A program made the position numbers and the translations under genes. The notes beneath the pieces are model-generated. The model was not told the origin of the DNA. It did not search any database and saw only the letters and a list, made by a program, of their open reading frames with translations. Of a DNA stretch of 64,000 bases, positions 12,349 through 26,011 are shown piece by piece. Location of the stretch: NCBI RefSeq assembly GCF_006345805.1, contig NC_043000.1:69998001-70062000 (forward strand), given 5' to 3'. The number at the start of each line of letters is the position of its first letter. The stretch's first letter is position 1. Source of the DNA: Octopus sinensis. Lineage: Eukaryota.

Positions 12349-12711
12349 GATTGTTTCTTCCTTGGCTTTTTTTTAAGGTGGTTTAACATATCTAAGTGAT
12401 CTCTGATATGGCTATCGATATGTTTAAGGAAGGGTTTCAGGAGGATGTCCATAAATAGACTTAGTCTGTGTGTTTCACAGGTTGGGCCAGCTACAATGGG
12501 TCGTAGTTTTAGGTCCCCCGGGTTAGGTGTGTTTATGTATGTCTTTGGTGATTTTTTAATGGTTTCATTTATAATTTGGCTTTTATTAATTTTTGGCAGA
12601 CCATAGAAGAGGCTAGGTTTGCATTTAAAGTTTGTTAGAAGGTCAATCTCTTTGGTTGTTAGTTCCTTTTCATAGGTTTTAATTAGTGAAGATAGAGTTT
12701 TCATTATTTTT

Positions 12712-12963
12712 GTGCTAGAAGGATCAGAATTCCTCTTCAAAGAGGGACAGAAGTTCAAGATCAAATCTAATTTTACTTGTGCCTCTGAAAACATAATTTA
12801 TGTCATAAAATGCTCGGGCTGCCACCAAGACTACGTGGGATCCACGGGACTATCACTCAGACGTAGATGCACACTGCATCGACAACAGATTGCATACCCA
12901 GAATACAGAATGATACCCTTTTGTGAGCACATTGAGAAATGCGCAAAGCAACTACTACCATAA
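12712..12963 (+). pseudogene. Penelope GIY-YIG endonuclease fragment
   Basis: NFTCASENIIYVIKCSGCHQDYVGST..RRRCTLH. Confidence 0.88.
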
Positions 12964-13232
12964 TTTTTAATATTTCCATTTTACCAATGTGCTATCGGAA
13001 CACCAACACAAATTAGACTAAACAAGGAAACATTCTTCATTAAAAAGTACAAGCCCAGACTTAACCATTCCAACATACTTATACAGAGAAATTCACTCCA
13101 AAGGAAAAGCAAAAAATTTTAAGCGATTATCTCCCTTACACCGGAAGAAATCACTTATTACCTCCCCTTATCTGGAACTCTTCTCAACATAAACATAACG
13201 ATAACTCTCCTCAACGTAAACATAACGATGTA

Positions 13233-13270
13233 AGAAATTTGAAAAACTAAACGCGAAACCGGTCATTTCT
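13233..13270 (+). ncRNA. Hammerhead-like motif, U3:A8 core, stem II decayed
   Basis: agaaau-UUGAAAA-acuaaacgc-GAAA-CCGG-UC-auuucu. Perfect 6-bp stem I and palindromic ACCGGU, in the 3' part of the PLE. Confidence 0.55.
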
Positions 13271-13434
13271 TCTAAACTATGTCATTGTAAGGAAAAAAAA
13301 TTATAACATTCTTCAGACATATTGATTCAAATATATATTTTTTAACCTTTTAAAACAAGCCTTCTGTAGTTTTTTCACTTTTTACTATTTTCTATATATT
13401 CAACCACGTGCTTTCACAAACCAACTTTCTCATC

Positions 13435-13514
<80 letters not shown>

Positions 13515-14505
13515 TATATGTATATATATATAGTATATATATATATATATTTCTACGTGTACTCATACTTGGATTGACATATAGACATGTACATACATGC
13601 TACAGAATACAGCTAACGACAACTGAATAATGCAAGTCCAGTATCCAACCTTTCCCGGCGTCCTTCATGTTGAATTACCTAGATCCTGACGATTCCTGCG
13701 ACACTCTCTCTCTCTCTTTCTCTCTCTCACTCTTTCTCTTTCCCTTTTTTCTCCCTATCTATTTATTTACCTCATGCAGTATCTTACACGTTCTGGTTCA
13801 TAGGTTCAGCGAGATATTTGGAACAAGAGACTATGAGAAGTTGGGACGATAAATAGTGAGAGGAAACACCATCAGAGTTTCCGTTTTATATAAAGAAATA
13901 CAGACATATGATCATTACAATAAGGATTTTAAATGAATTTATAAAAAATAATTAAGTCTGCATCGGCCACATAGGTAATTATTATCTGTGTTTGAAGTTC
14001 TATAATTGCAAAGAGAAAACGCAGCAGAGAATCTTATGATAGGAAAATAACTGTACTGCATAATAAAAGCCTTAATCTTATGAAATTGTCAATACGATAA
14101 CCTCCATCGTCGGTATTGCACAAATAAAATATATTTAAGAACAAGAACAAGTTACAGAGAAAGTTGCAGTTAAAAGGAATTCAGATATACACGAGTTAGA
14201 CGCAATATACATGTGAATCGTCCCATTAAATCAGAAAACTGTTTCAGTTCAAAAAGGATTTTTTAATCTAATCCTTTTATTTATTTTCAAATTTAACTGC
14301 TCTGCAGAGTCTACTGTACTGCGATATCTCTTAAAGATCCCCATTTACTTGCCTGTAAAGAGAGACTACATTCAGTTCAGCTAGCCGACTTACATATATT
14401 TGACAAATACCTTGTAAACTTGTACAACGGCTTTCAAATCCTGTAATGGTGAAATGTATATATTTCACAAGATACACAATGGGATGGTAATTATTATTAT
14501 TATTA

Positions 14506-14551
<46 letters not shown>

Positions 14552-14667
14552 GATATCAATTCTAAAATACATATGAGAATTACTCGGGATTTAAATTAGG
14601 ATCCAATGAATGAGCTTAAAGTCGGTATATTGATTGCATTTGCACAAGTCTCTAGATACACTAAGTT

Positions 14668-14804
<137 letters not shown>

Positions 14805-15245
14805 GTGCCAAGTGACTTCTAGAAATACAATCGATCGAAGGTGCCAAAACGCTAAGCTCAGTGATACAGGTGATGTTTCAAATTCGCTTAAATATTATAT
14901 ATGCTAGTCTTCATCCGTAACCTGGTTTACAACCAGCATTTGGTCTTTGATAGACTACTCTGTTGTAAATATACGAAACAAATCCTTGGCCTGTGATAAC
15001 TATTGCTTCCAACCATCTATGAAGTCCCGAAAAATCATTTAGATCACTATCCTTCCTCCTGTCCGAGGTAGGGTTAATCCAAGTGCCACTGGTAGACATT
15101 TTCAGATGAGGGCTGGAGCAACATGAAGCGAAGTGTCTTTTCAAGGACAAAATGTGGCCTTCAAAACTCCAACTACTAGGCCACAGACTTTCACACACAC
15201 GCGCACAAGCATACACGCACACACACCACACACACACACACACAC

Positions 15246-15310
<65 letters not shown>

Positions 15311-15317
15311 ATATATA

Positions 15318-15360
<43 letters not shown>

Positions 15361-17049
15361 TAGAAAATTAATATAGACAGCAGTTAGCAATGTTTCACAG
15401 AAAAGGACAACTATATTTGTCACTAAATGTTACTAGTGCGTTAGGAACACCTACATTGCTAGAAATAAGATGCTCTAACGCTGTAGTCAACGCACAGAAC
15501 TGTGTACATATATTCTGACAGAGACTGTAATCGTCTGATACACACAAACACAGGTAAATGTTTGTGTGTGTGTGTGTTTGGCCTGCTGTATGGCCTGCTG
15601 TGAATGGCAGTCAAATTTCTCGCAAATTACGTCTACAGTCTCGAGCTGTAGGAATATAGGGAATAATGTTTACATGCTGTATTTGTGCATGAGTAACTTC
15701 AGTATCCACAAATGAATACGGTGTAATAATGTAACACTTTTGATTAACATTACAAACCTAGTTGAGAAAAAAAATGCATTCACATTTCCCTTTTGGATAC
15801 AAACACAAATATTTAACTCCAACTCACTTGAAATGACCAAACCTATATAGCAAATTTCGTTTCTGAAATTTCTTTGATCATAAAATTTCTGACAGGGTTG
15901 ACATCAACTGGTTAAGTCCTTAGATGAAGACGTTCCATCGATTTTTCAGCGACCAAACTTCTATAATTATTGCAAATATCGTCAATGTAGGATCGCAAGA
16001 TTTAGCGTAACAATACTCGTAATACAACAGATCCCCACTCTCATATTTAATTTGAAGACTACGTGATGTTTCCAGCTAATTAATTTTAACCGCTTCAATT
16101 CTAACGTCTGTAGAGTGACACAGGGATCTATTCAAATCGGTTCAGATAGAATTGCTTCCCTAGACGAATATATCAACGCAATAATACTAAATCAGTTAAA
16201 GCTATCTATCTGACGTCGATAAAATTATATATCTATTATAAACTTATACATGTCAGATTTAGTCATTTGGGTCGTCCCAGGATAACATTAGTCTAATATG
16301 CTTCTATCATTCGACCACCACCTTAAATTAATTGTTTTCCAACGGTTGAATCTATCTCCTATCCATATATTATGTCACCCTTTTCTTCCTGATACACTCA
16401 CTTTCTCTCTCTCTCTCTTTCTCTTTCTCTCCTTCTCTATCTACTATTCACTATCTCCTTTTCTATATCTATCTATTTACCTATCAATCTATCTATCTCT
16501 CTTTGTGTTATCTTCAACATATTTGACTATATGTGTATATATGTGTATGCGTATATGATCATATGTTTACGTAAGAGTGATTTAACATACATTGAAATCA
16601 ATACGTCTTTGTTCATTGTAAGACGAAGATAATTGTCATATTTTCTGTTCATTTTATAAGCTATCTACTTGATCTTTATATATTGCAGACATGTTATTCA
16701 CCATCGTTTTGTATGTTTTCGCATATGCACAATGAAGAGGCACTGAAGAAGGCTTACACAAAATATTTCATTTAAATGTGTTTACCAAATACCTTTGACT
16801 TTTAAAAACTGCAAGTGACGATTGAAAATTTCTATCTATTGGACGCTACAGTTATTGAAATGTTACTTTTATTATTATACTTTCACCAGTTTACATCTTA
16901 TCAGTAACCACAATACTTCTTATATCGCTTCCTATTTCTTATATCTCTTTGTTATATTGGCGGACAGAGTGTACGACCGTGCTATACAGACTTATCCGCG
17001 ACCTTTAACTGCGCGCCATTGGTGTAATTGACAAATGGATTGTATGATG

Positions 17050-17400
17050 TTCAATGTGTTAGTTCATACATCAAAAACTGTCTTTTTAGCATGAATTGTT
17101 AACCCATACTCTCTACATGCACCACAGTAATACTCAATGGGTATCAACAAATCGGCATCTGCATGGATAACCAGATCACAGGCAGTCTCATACAGCAATT
17201 TTCTAATCAAAGTAACGGAGTCCTTTGATGGTGTAAGAAATCGACAGTTGTAAAATAATTTTCTAGTGATCGATGTTATATAAACGTCGGTCACGTCAGC
17301 AAATCCTTTTTTAGCACAACAGAGACAATCATAACAGAGAAGCCAGGAGCGTTCGATCACCAGATTTTACTCCACTCTCAACAAACAGTTCTCCGTTAAA
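17050..17400 (-). mobile_element. RTE-like RT relic
   Basis: LVIHADAD..GACREYGLTIHAKKT resembles LLYADD..ACxxFGLTISxKKT. Confidence 0.45.
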
Positions 17401-17704
17401 ACAAACACTTAAACTCATTGTTGTCAGAGAAGGATCTAACGTTATACACGCATATTTTACGGCGAACCGACTTCTAGTATATCCTCGAAAACCGCCTGTA
17501 AACCACTCGAATACCTAAGTGCGATCTCGGAAACAATGATACAAGGCAACTTTTTGTTATATGCACTTTACTTGAACATGATACGCTGTGAATCTCATGT
17601 CTATTGTTCTACAACTAAGGAGAAAACTAACTGTGGTTCATGCAGAAGCATTAGACCATGCAATTAAGAAGCACTGTGACAATGACATTACTTACAAATC
17701 TCTC

Positions 17705-18087
17705 TCTATATAAACGGCAGTTTGTCTGTGCGTGTTTCTGTGTGTCTGTTTTCTCGTACCCTCACCCTGACCACGGCTTTCAACCGATTCTGATGAAACT
17801 TGACACACACATAGCCCAATGTCATAATTCAAAACTAACGCAGCGAAAATTTTGAAAAGTTCCCCCAGTTCTGAAAAAAATCGATAAATTCGACATGGGG
17901 TCGAGAATAAAAAAAAACAAACCACAGACTGTCTAGGGGACGCAACTCAACCTTTTATTACTCTCAAAAAAAAAATTTACCATCATTTTTTTTCCATTTT
18001 TTGGCTATTTTTTGGCTATAACTCTCTAAAAATGCTTTATAGTTATTTCCCTTACAAACCTGAGCAACGCCGGGCGATACTGCTAGT
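17705..18087 (+). mobile_element. Non-autonomous Helitron-like element
   Basis: 5' TCTCTATATAAA followed by (GT)-rich sequence; 3' cc.gagcaacgccggg hairpin followed by CTAGt at 18083-18087. Confidence 0.7.
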
Positions 18088-18117
18088 GACATATAAAAAG
18101 CTGACTACTATATATAT

Positions 18118-18775
18118 ATGCCAAAAGAATCCGGAATTTTGCAATAGTATTTTATTCACTTAGTATTTTATTGCAATAGTATTTTATTCACATGGTTACA
18201 CATTTATCGCCTTCAATGTATTCTACATTTCAAGCAATGCATCGTTCCAGATGCGTTTTTCACTTTTCGAAGTAGTCCTGGAACTCTTGCGAAGTGATGC
18301 TTATTAACGCCTCCCTCGTTTTATTCTTCGTCTTGTACACATCAATAAATTCCGTAGTACCAGTGATGACCTTCAACGGCCCTCCAAAATCAGTTCACGA
18401 AATTTCGTGATGTTTTCATTCATTCGAGAGGTCGGCGGTCGCCCTGAACGAGGTTGGTCTTCAAGTGACAAGTGACCATTCCTAAAGTGTGGAAACCACT
18501 CATAAACATGTGATTTGCTCATTAAAGCATCACAGTAAGGTGTCTGAAGCATGACAACTGTTTCGGATGCTGTTTTCGGCAATAGCAGGCAGAATTTCAC
18601 GGAAGCATGCTATCCCTTCGTTCCAGCCATCGCAAATATCGACGAAAAGGGGATAAGCATTGCAAAATAAAGACGCACCACGTTGCAGTACGACTTTAAT
18701 GAACGACACCGGTTGGCAGACTGATGCCTGAGGGTCGCATCAAGTGGTTTCTAATGGCTTCTAGTGGCTTCTAGC
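18118..18775 (-). mobile_element. Mariner relic 2, related to 2283-3080, with a larger internal deletion
   Basis: MKFCLLLPKTASETVVMLQT..VYEWF..LEDQPRSGRP; shared ccggaattttgcaata.tattttattcac end. Confidence 0.8.
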
Positions 18776-18830
18776 AGAGAGCGTATGTATATGTATATAT
18801 ATATATATATATATATGCGTACGTATGTAT

Positions 18831-18872
<42 letters not shown>

Positions 18873-19283
18873 GAAATTTAATTGAATTTTAAACAAAAAA
18901 AATTATTAACTGCACAGGAATTTCCGGCCTTAGCACGCTAAAGTGAAGACATTTGAAAAATACACCCAAATATAATTTATAGAACTTTATACTTGCCCGA
19001 TTTCGGTTGAGCGTTCTGTATCTAGTTCTGGAAATTGTGTTTTGTAAGCGACAGACTACGCTGCCGATCTTGCAGATATCTACGTGTTTGCATACAAGTG
19101 AAACCATTGGTACGTAGGTAATCGTTTTTTTATGTCCTATATTTTCATTTGTCTTGCTCATTTTTACATTTTAGCGTTTTGCTGTGATTTTTCTTGAGAA
19201 CACATTCTTCGTGGTAATGGCGATTTGACGTCTATGTATAGCATACTAGGTGTTCACTTTAGTGGTCATTCCTCTTAATTTTG

Positions 19284-19373
<90 letters not shown>

Positions 19374-19377
19374 TTAA

Positions 19378-19600
19378 TTTTTTTCTTGTTTCAGTCATTC
19401 GATTCCGGTCATGCTGGGGCACCGCCTTGAAGGGCTTTAGTCAAACAAATCGAATCCACGACTTGTTTCTAACGCCTGGAACATATTCTATCCGTTATTT
19501 TCCCCGAACAGCTAAATTATGGGGATGTAAACCTATCAACAAGCGGTGGTGGGGGACAGACACAGATACAAACACATAGATATGAACATACATATAAATA
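19378..19600 (-). mobile_element. SINE 3' half (family of 58575-58979)
   Basis: cttgtttcagtcatt..cggtcatgctggggcaccgcc. Confidence 0.7.
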
Positions 19601-19616
19601 CACACACACATAGAGT

Positions 19617-19985
19617 GAAGGCACAATAGCCCAGTGGTTAGGGCAACGAACTCGCGGTCGTGGTATCGCGGTTTCGATTCCCAGACCGGGCGTTGTGAGC
19701 TCCACGAGGCTCCAGCAGGTGGGTGCTTGACAACCCCTGCTGTAATCTTTCACCACAACTTTCTCTCTCTCTCTCTCTCTCTCTCTCCTCCTATTTCTGT
19801 TGCACCTGTATTTCAAAGGGCCAGCCTTGTCACAAACTGTGCCACGCTGAATCTCCCCGAGAACTACGTTAAGGGTGCACGTGCCTGTGGAGTGCTCAGC
19901 CACTTGCACGTTAATTTCATGAGCAGGCTGTTCCGTTGATCAGATCAACTGGACCCCTCGTCGTTGTAACCGAAGGAGTGCCACA

Positions 19986-19986
<1 letters not shown>
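19617..19986 (+). mobile_element. Near-complete tRNA-derived SINE
   Basis: A box TAGCCCAGTGG, B box GGTTTCGATTCC, body gagaactacgttaaggg..gtggagtgctcagcc. Confidence 0.8.
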
Positions 19987-20018
<32 letters not shown>

Positions 20019-20129
20019 ATATATAATATATATATATATAATATATGTAGGTCCCGGTTGAGTCGGGGTTAACCACAGTAAATAAGGTACTCAATACATT
20101 GCAGAGTAAAGTAATTTATTCTATAGGAG

Positions 20130-20176
20130 CTTCTACAGGACTAGAACTGTTTCATTCAGATGAAATCTTCAGGAAA
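20130..20176 (-). ncRNA. Type I hammerhead, intact core
   Basis: uuuc-CUGAAGA-u-uuc[aucu]gaa-u-GAAA-cag[uucuaguc]cug-UA-gaag; triplet GUA. Confidence 0.65.
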
Positions 20177-20177
20177 T

Positions 20178-20224
20178 CTTCCTGAAGATTTCTTCTGAAT
20201 GAAGCAGTTCTAGTCCTGTAGAAC
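20178..20224 (+). ncRNA. Mirror hammerhead copy with A15.1>G
   Basis: cuuc-CUGAAGA-u-uuc[uucu]gaa-u-GAAG-cag..cug-UA-gaac. Confidence 0.45.
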
Positions 20225-20269
20225 CTCCTTCTATAAAATAATATATATATATATATATATATACATATA

Positions 20270-20420
20270 ATTGATTCAGTAACCAGAAGATGGGTTTTGT
20301 ACGACGATCATTTTTAACCACCCTGCTACTGTTCCTTACAGGTGGAACCCCGTGAAATATGTTGTGGTTGCATCCATTTTGCAATCTGGATCACATCAGG
20401 TACACCCATACATAAAGTGA
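20270..20420 (-). mobile_element. Fragment of the same retroelement family as 23025-23420
   Basis: atgg.tgtacctgatgt..ccag...gcaaaatggatgcaac and aaacccatcttctggttac are shared. Confidence 0.55.
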
Positions 20421-20886
20421 TCTCTCGCTTAAGCTATTGAGTTTGGGCACTCATGTTTTTATTTACCCGTCAAATTAAGGAATGAAGCATTGCTACAATT
20501 TTCATTCCTATTAACTTTCCATAACAAAAATGGTAAACATTTGTAAATATAAACATATAACTGCAGATAAGAAAGAAAGAAGAAGAAAGAAAACAAATTT
20601 CCTTTTGCAGGGGAAGTAAATAGGAGATGGACAAAGAGGGGATTAAGTTACATTAAGTTTAAGACTGAAGAAAGGTATTAGAAAAAGGAAGAGAAAAGGA
20701 AATTGAAAGTGTCCTAGGGGCGAAGGGGTTGACATACTTGCTAACCTAGATAACCAATTTATAGTCGGAAGATGACTACATTAAAGGTTTATCATCACAG
20801 TTACCTTAAGATTAAGGCAGAGTGTAGACAATTTGACACATATACATACACATACACGCTCATCTATACACATACACACACACACA

Positions 20887-20921
<35 letters not shown>

Positions 20922-21066
20922 ATATATATATATGTGTGTGTGTATATATTTATATATATATACACACAAATATACACTAATATTCACACAAACATTATAC
21001 ACACACGCATACACATATGTATATACACAGACACACACATATTTACATATATGTGTGTGCATATAC

Positions 21067-21149
<83 letters not shown>

Positions 21150-21445
21150 TACACACATGTATACATTCCCAACTAGATCTATGTATATTTACTGCCTCGT
21201 TAGTTTTTCAAGCAGTAACTTTTTCTTGGCATATTTTAATTACATACGGTTGCATTCTTAAGTTTCATATATGAACATATATAACTAACTGTATGTAAAC
21301 ATGATAAAGTATATTTTTGTCTCCTTAGATAATTTGTCAATGAGGTTTTTTTTTTCTATATACTCTAGTATACTCTAGTAATTTTTTTGTTAATACACGG
21401 TTGCATTCAAAAGTATCATATTTGAACATATATAACTATATAAAC

Positions 21446-22559
21446 GGGATCTGTTCAGTTTGGCTCACAGATTCTTTAATTTTTTTTAACTAAACAGTTT
21501 GAAACTTCGTTTACTTTGTATTCTTCTCACGCAGAACACGGTTTACTTTGAACAGTTTTGACAAAATTTGGTATTTTAGAAGTTATTTCGTGTTAAAGCT
21601 TTCACATTTGGGTAATTTCAACAAATCAACGACGTGTATTCAGTTGAAGAAAGTTACTGTTGTTTGCGATAGTAATCGAAGAGGAACAACTTCCGGGTCA
21701 TCTCTACTACATGTCACCATTCTGTACAATTCGTATGTCGATCGAAGACGATGCCACCTTTATATGTTCTTCCTCTCTAATTAGCACCGTGCATTCCTTA
21801 CTCTTTCCCTCCTTTCTACACTAGCAACTAGTAATCAGTGAGCGAACTTTTGACCGCCACTACAAATACCATATTTTCCGGTGTATTAGCCGCTATTTGG
21901 TTTGCTTTATCTTCATGTTTCGATAATGTTATTTTTAATCTAATAAAGATTTTTATGTTGACGAACTGCGTTTGTTGTTGATTATAGTAAGATAAAATTA
22001 TGACAATGACAATACATCTCATAGTTGTAAAATAAGGCATTTTGAAACTACATATACGTCAACAACAAAAAAGCTAGCTGCGGACTGGTAGCCCTATAGA
22101 TCTTTTAAACACCAGTGTGCTTTATGCATGGATAAAACACCGATGTCCGGCAAACGAATAATATTTCTTCCTTCTTGGTGTTGATTCTTCGATGTTTACT
22201 GTTTAATCCGTCGCGAGAACCAAAAAAAAAAAAGCGTGTAATATGCAACTCAGGCAGTAAACAAAAAATAGAATAGAACATAGTGGTGACATTTAGTAGA
22301 GATGACCCGAAAGTTATTCCACTTCGATTACTATTGCAAACAGCAGTAGCTTTCTTCAACTGAATACACATCGTTGATTGGTTCAAATTACCCAAATGCG
22401 AAAGCTTTAACATGAAATAATTTCTTAAATACCAAATTTTGTCAAAAATGTTCAACGTAAGCCGTGTTCTGCGTGAGAAGAATACGAAGTATACGAAGTT
22501 TCAAACTGCTTAGTTAAAAAAAATAATGAAAAAATATGTGAGCCAAACTGAACAGATCC
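21446..22559. mobile_element. MITE / non-autonomous DNA transposon with ~290-bp imperfect TIRs
   Basis: GGATCTGTTCAGTTTGGCTCACA.. versus ..TGTGAGCCAAACTGAACAGATCC; TATAAAC directly flanks both ends (21439-21445, 22560-22566). Confidence 0.8.
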
Positions 22560-23022
22560 TATAAACATAAATAAAATAAAACATATTTTTGTCTCTTTAG
22601 TTAATCAGTCTATTACATTTTCTTTAAAAAAAACTATATTTTAATGACCTATTCTGCAACAGTCCTATATAAACGTTCTCATCCAATTCTTCTTAGGAAT
22701 ATGTTTCATGGTTGTTGTTCACGAGGTTGTCAGTCAGGGAAGTGGGGCGGTGAATTCGAATGTGTTCTTTTGTGTTTGGTTTATATTTGTTAGGTGTGGT
22801 TTCCATTGTACTGTGTGAAGCTGTACTTAACTGTATGCATGCATCTGGTCAGTCGTTTTGCAAATCTATTTATAATCTTATCTTTCTTTAACAATATAGG
22901 GAGCGATTCCTCAGAACATAGCAAGAATTTCCAGGATAGAGTGTTATAGTGACTCGCATGTCTAATTATTGACCAGGTCAGGTTGCACTTTAGCTTCTCT
23001 TCCTTGAGTCGCCAGGCGAAAT
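22559..23022 (-). repeat. Left arm of a 464-bp inverted repeat (contains a PLE C-terminal/3' fragment)
   Basis: Reverse complement of 23915-24378; one mismatch on line-by-line comparison. Confidence 0.95.
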
Positions 23023-23024
23023 TG

Positions 23025-23420
23025 GAAAGTCATGATACGTACCGTTGAAGGATTTATCGGAAACTGGCGATGGGGTTTCGATATCTGTTTTTGAAACCAT
23101 CGGCCGATGCACCGATATATACGAACGAGACACCACTTTATGCATGGATGTACCTGATGTAACCCAGAAAGCAAAATGGATGCAACACAATATGTTGAAC
23201 CGAGTTCCACGCATAAGGGTAAGTAACAAGATATATCATAAACGATCACTGTACAAAATAAGACTAATACCAAACCCATCTTCTGGTTACTTAATCAATT
23301 ATTATCTCAGCTAGCACTGCGGAATCCCTGAAGTAGATCCAACGGAAATGTGCCCTAACTGCGGATTACAGCAGGTGGCCCAAACAGTGCACTACACAAC
23401 ACTTCGATACACTAATTGAC
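23025..23420 (+). mobile_element. Possible RLE-domain 3' fragment of a non-LTR element
   Basis: HD..GFDI.FE..GRCTDIYERDTTLCMDV resembles RHD..E..RPD..D; degenerate. Confidence 0.35.
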
Positions 23421-23432
23421 ATATACCCATTG

Positions 23433-23540
<108 letters not shown>

Positions 23541-23545
23541 GATAA

Positions 23546-23811
<266 letters not shown>

Positions 23812-23914
23812 CATATATTAATATATTTGTATATAGTGTGTATATATAATGTGTGTGTGTGTGTGTGTATGTGTGGTAACCTATGAGTAACAGAGATGTC
23901 AATTCATTACGGCT

Positions 23915-24378
23915 ATTTCGCCTGGCGACTCAAGGAAGAGAAGCTAAAGTGCAACCTGACCTGGTCAATAATTAGACATGCGAGTCACTATAACACTCTA
24001 TCCTGGAAATTCCTGCTATGTTCTGAGGAATCGCTCCCTATATTGTTAAAGAAAGATAAGATTATAAATAGATTTGCAAAACGACTGACCAGATGCATGC
24101 ATACAGTTAAGTACAGCTTCACACAGTACAATGGAAACCACACCTAACAAATATAAACCAAACACAAAAGAACACATTCGAATTCACCGCCCCACTTCCC
24201 TGACTGACAACCTCGTGAACAACAACCATGAAACATATTCCTAAGAAGAATTGGATGAGAACGTTTATATAGGACTGTTGCAGAATAGGTCATTAAAATA
24301 TAGTTTTTTTTAAAGAAAATGTAATAGACTGATTAACTAAAGAGACAAAAATATGTTTTATTTTATTTATGTTTATAG
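23915..24378 (+). repeat. Right arm of the 464-bp inverted repeat; PLE GIY-YIG C-terminus relic
   Basis: AWRLKEEKLKCNLTWSIIRHASHY..LLCSEE..IL..INR..TRCMH matches PLE C-terminal layout (W.LK..W.I..CxLCxEE..N.R...CRH). Confidence 0.9.
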
Positions 24379-24588
24379 TTCCATTATTGATGTGAATATG
24401 TTAAGAAAATGGTTGTATCCTTGTCTATGTGGTCATCTGACGAGAATGGTTTCTTTCAAATGATGTAATGTTTATATTGATTGGTTAATATAAACATTAC
24501 ATCATTTGAAAGAAACCATTCTCGTCAGATGACCACATAGACAAGGATACAACCATTTTCTTAACATATTCACATCAATAATGGAACT
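24377..24588. repeat. Perfect 102-bp inverted repeat with an 8-nt spacer
   Basis: 24377-24478 is the exact reverse complement of 24487-24588 (checked base by base). Confidence 0.97.
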
Positions 24589-25909
24589 CAAAATATTTAC
24601 ACTGTTTCCTTTGTTATATCTGTGGCAGAATGAGTTTAGAAAACAATGCATACCTTGTTAAGTTTACGAAAATGTAAAGAGGAACTAGTGGGGGTCAGGA
24701 TAAAAAAAGGGTGGTGACCTAGTTACTTATATTTAGAAGACTTTATGTAGAATGTAGTCTTCAACCATTTAGAATCAAATGCATTGGGTGTTGTCATTTG
24801 TATTCTAGTTAATGGTGATAAATCAATTAATGTCAGACAATCTACTAGACTCTCAATGTACTGGAACCATATATCTAGCTTTATCTACACAAAAGGTAGG
24901 TCGTAAGGGAATGCCTGATGGGGAAGCGGTGATAATTGGAAGAAACAAGGATGGGGATGGCAAATACTTATTTTGATTAACATTTTAAAAGGAAATGTAA
25001 TGAAAAACCAAAGTGATAAATGATATAAACTGTATGGGTGGAATTTAGAATTGAAGGATACGAGACGTAGTAAAATATAAGTTAGCAAATTTATAAAATT
25101 AAAGTGAGAAAATGTGTCCGTCGACTCTGTTATCTCCTTCTTTGAACTCACTGTATATGTCACTTTATAACGTGGACTCTTCCAACCTTTCAGGTTCAAT
25201 TCTGATCTCCCGCACCTCCAGCGAATCCATCACGGGGATGTTTCCAGCCGCCGAAGCACAGCTCCCGGCATGGGCTTGAACTGGTTCGCAATTCATTTCT
25301 TTTTTCGAGTCTCTTTACCCAAAAATTGGAGAAAGAAAATAAGCACAATAAGCACAAACCCGCAGGGAAAACGGCAATAGTTTTCAACAAAATACAACAA
25401 CTTAAATGATAGGCACACCCGCAAAGGAGAACCTTCAAAAAGAGATAACAAGACTTCTGCATAGTGTTTTTCACTGACTGTTCGCAGGCGCCTTTAAACG
25501 GTTTAGGAGAGTTGACTTGCTATACCCCACGGGTGTCAGGATTTCACCACAACAGAAAATTTAAATCAATATATAGAAGAAGGATAGAAATTAAATTTAA
25601 AACCTAATAATGGGATACTTTAATATACAAGAAAAAACTATTAAGACTTTTCCTAGGCATAGTGTATAGGAGATCATAGTTTATACAAGATCATGATAAA
25701 GCATTCTATAATGAATGTATAACGGAATTAAATTATCTATTTTAAACTTATATAAGAACTATTCTCTTCATTACAGGCGGATAAATATAAAATACCGTAA
25801 AAGATGGTTTCCAAAATATTGGGTAATTGAACTACCGACCTAGCAAGATATCTCAATTTAAGTACGTAATTTAATGGAATCTTAATTATATCTGTCTATC
25901 TCTCTCTCT

Positions 25910-25982
<73 letters not shown>

Positions 25983-26011
25983 CATTTGAGAAAAACCATT
26001 ACATATATATA

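Larger units (their letters stand above)
20116..20241. repeat. ~60-bp-arm palindrome made of two divergent hammerheads
   Basis: Arms 20116-20174 and 20180-20241; spacer AATCT. Confidence 0.85.

Noticed and set aside
14420-14460. Possible 30-nt micro-exon on the minus strand
   Set aside because: Splice-like signals of this strength are expected by chance; no partner exons were found.
14950-15180. Possible L1-type endonuclease relic (DRR..DLNDFRDFID)
   Set aside because: Too short and degenerate to call.
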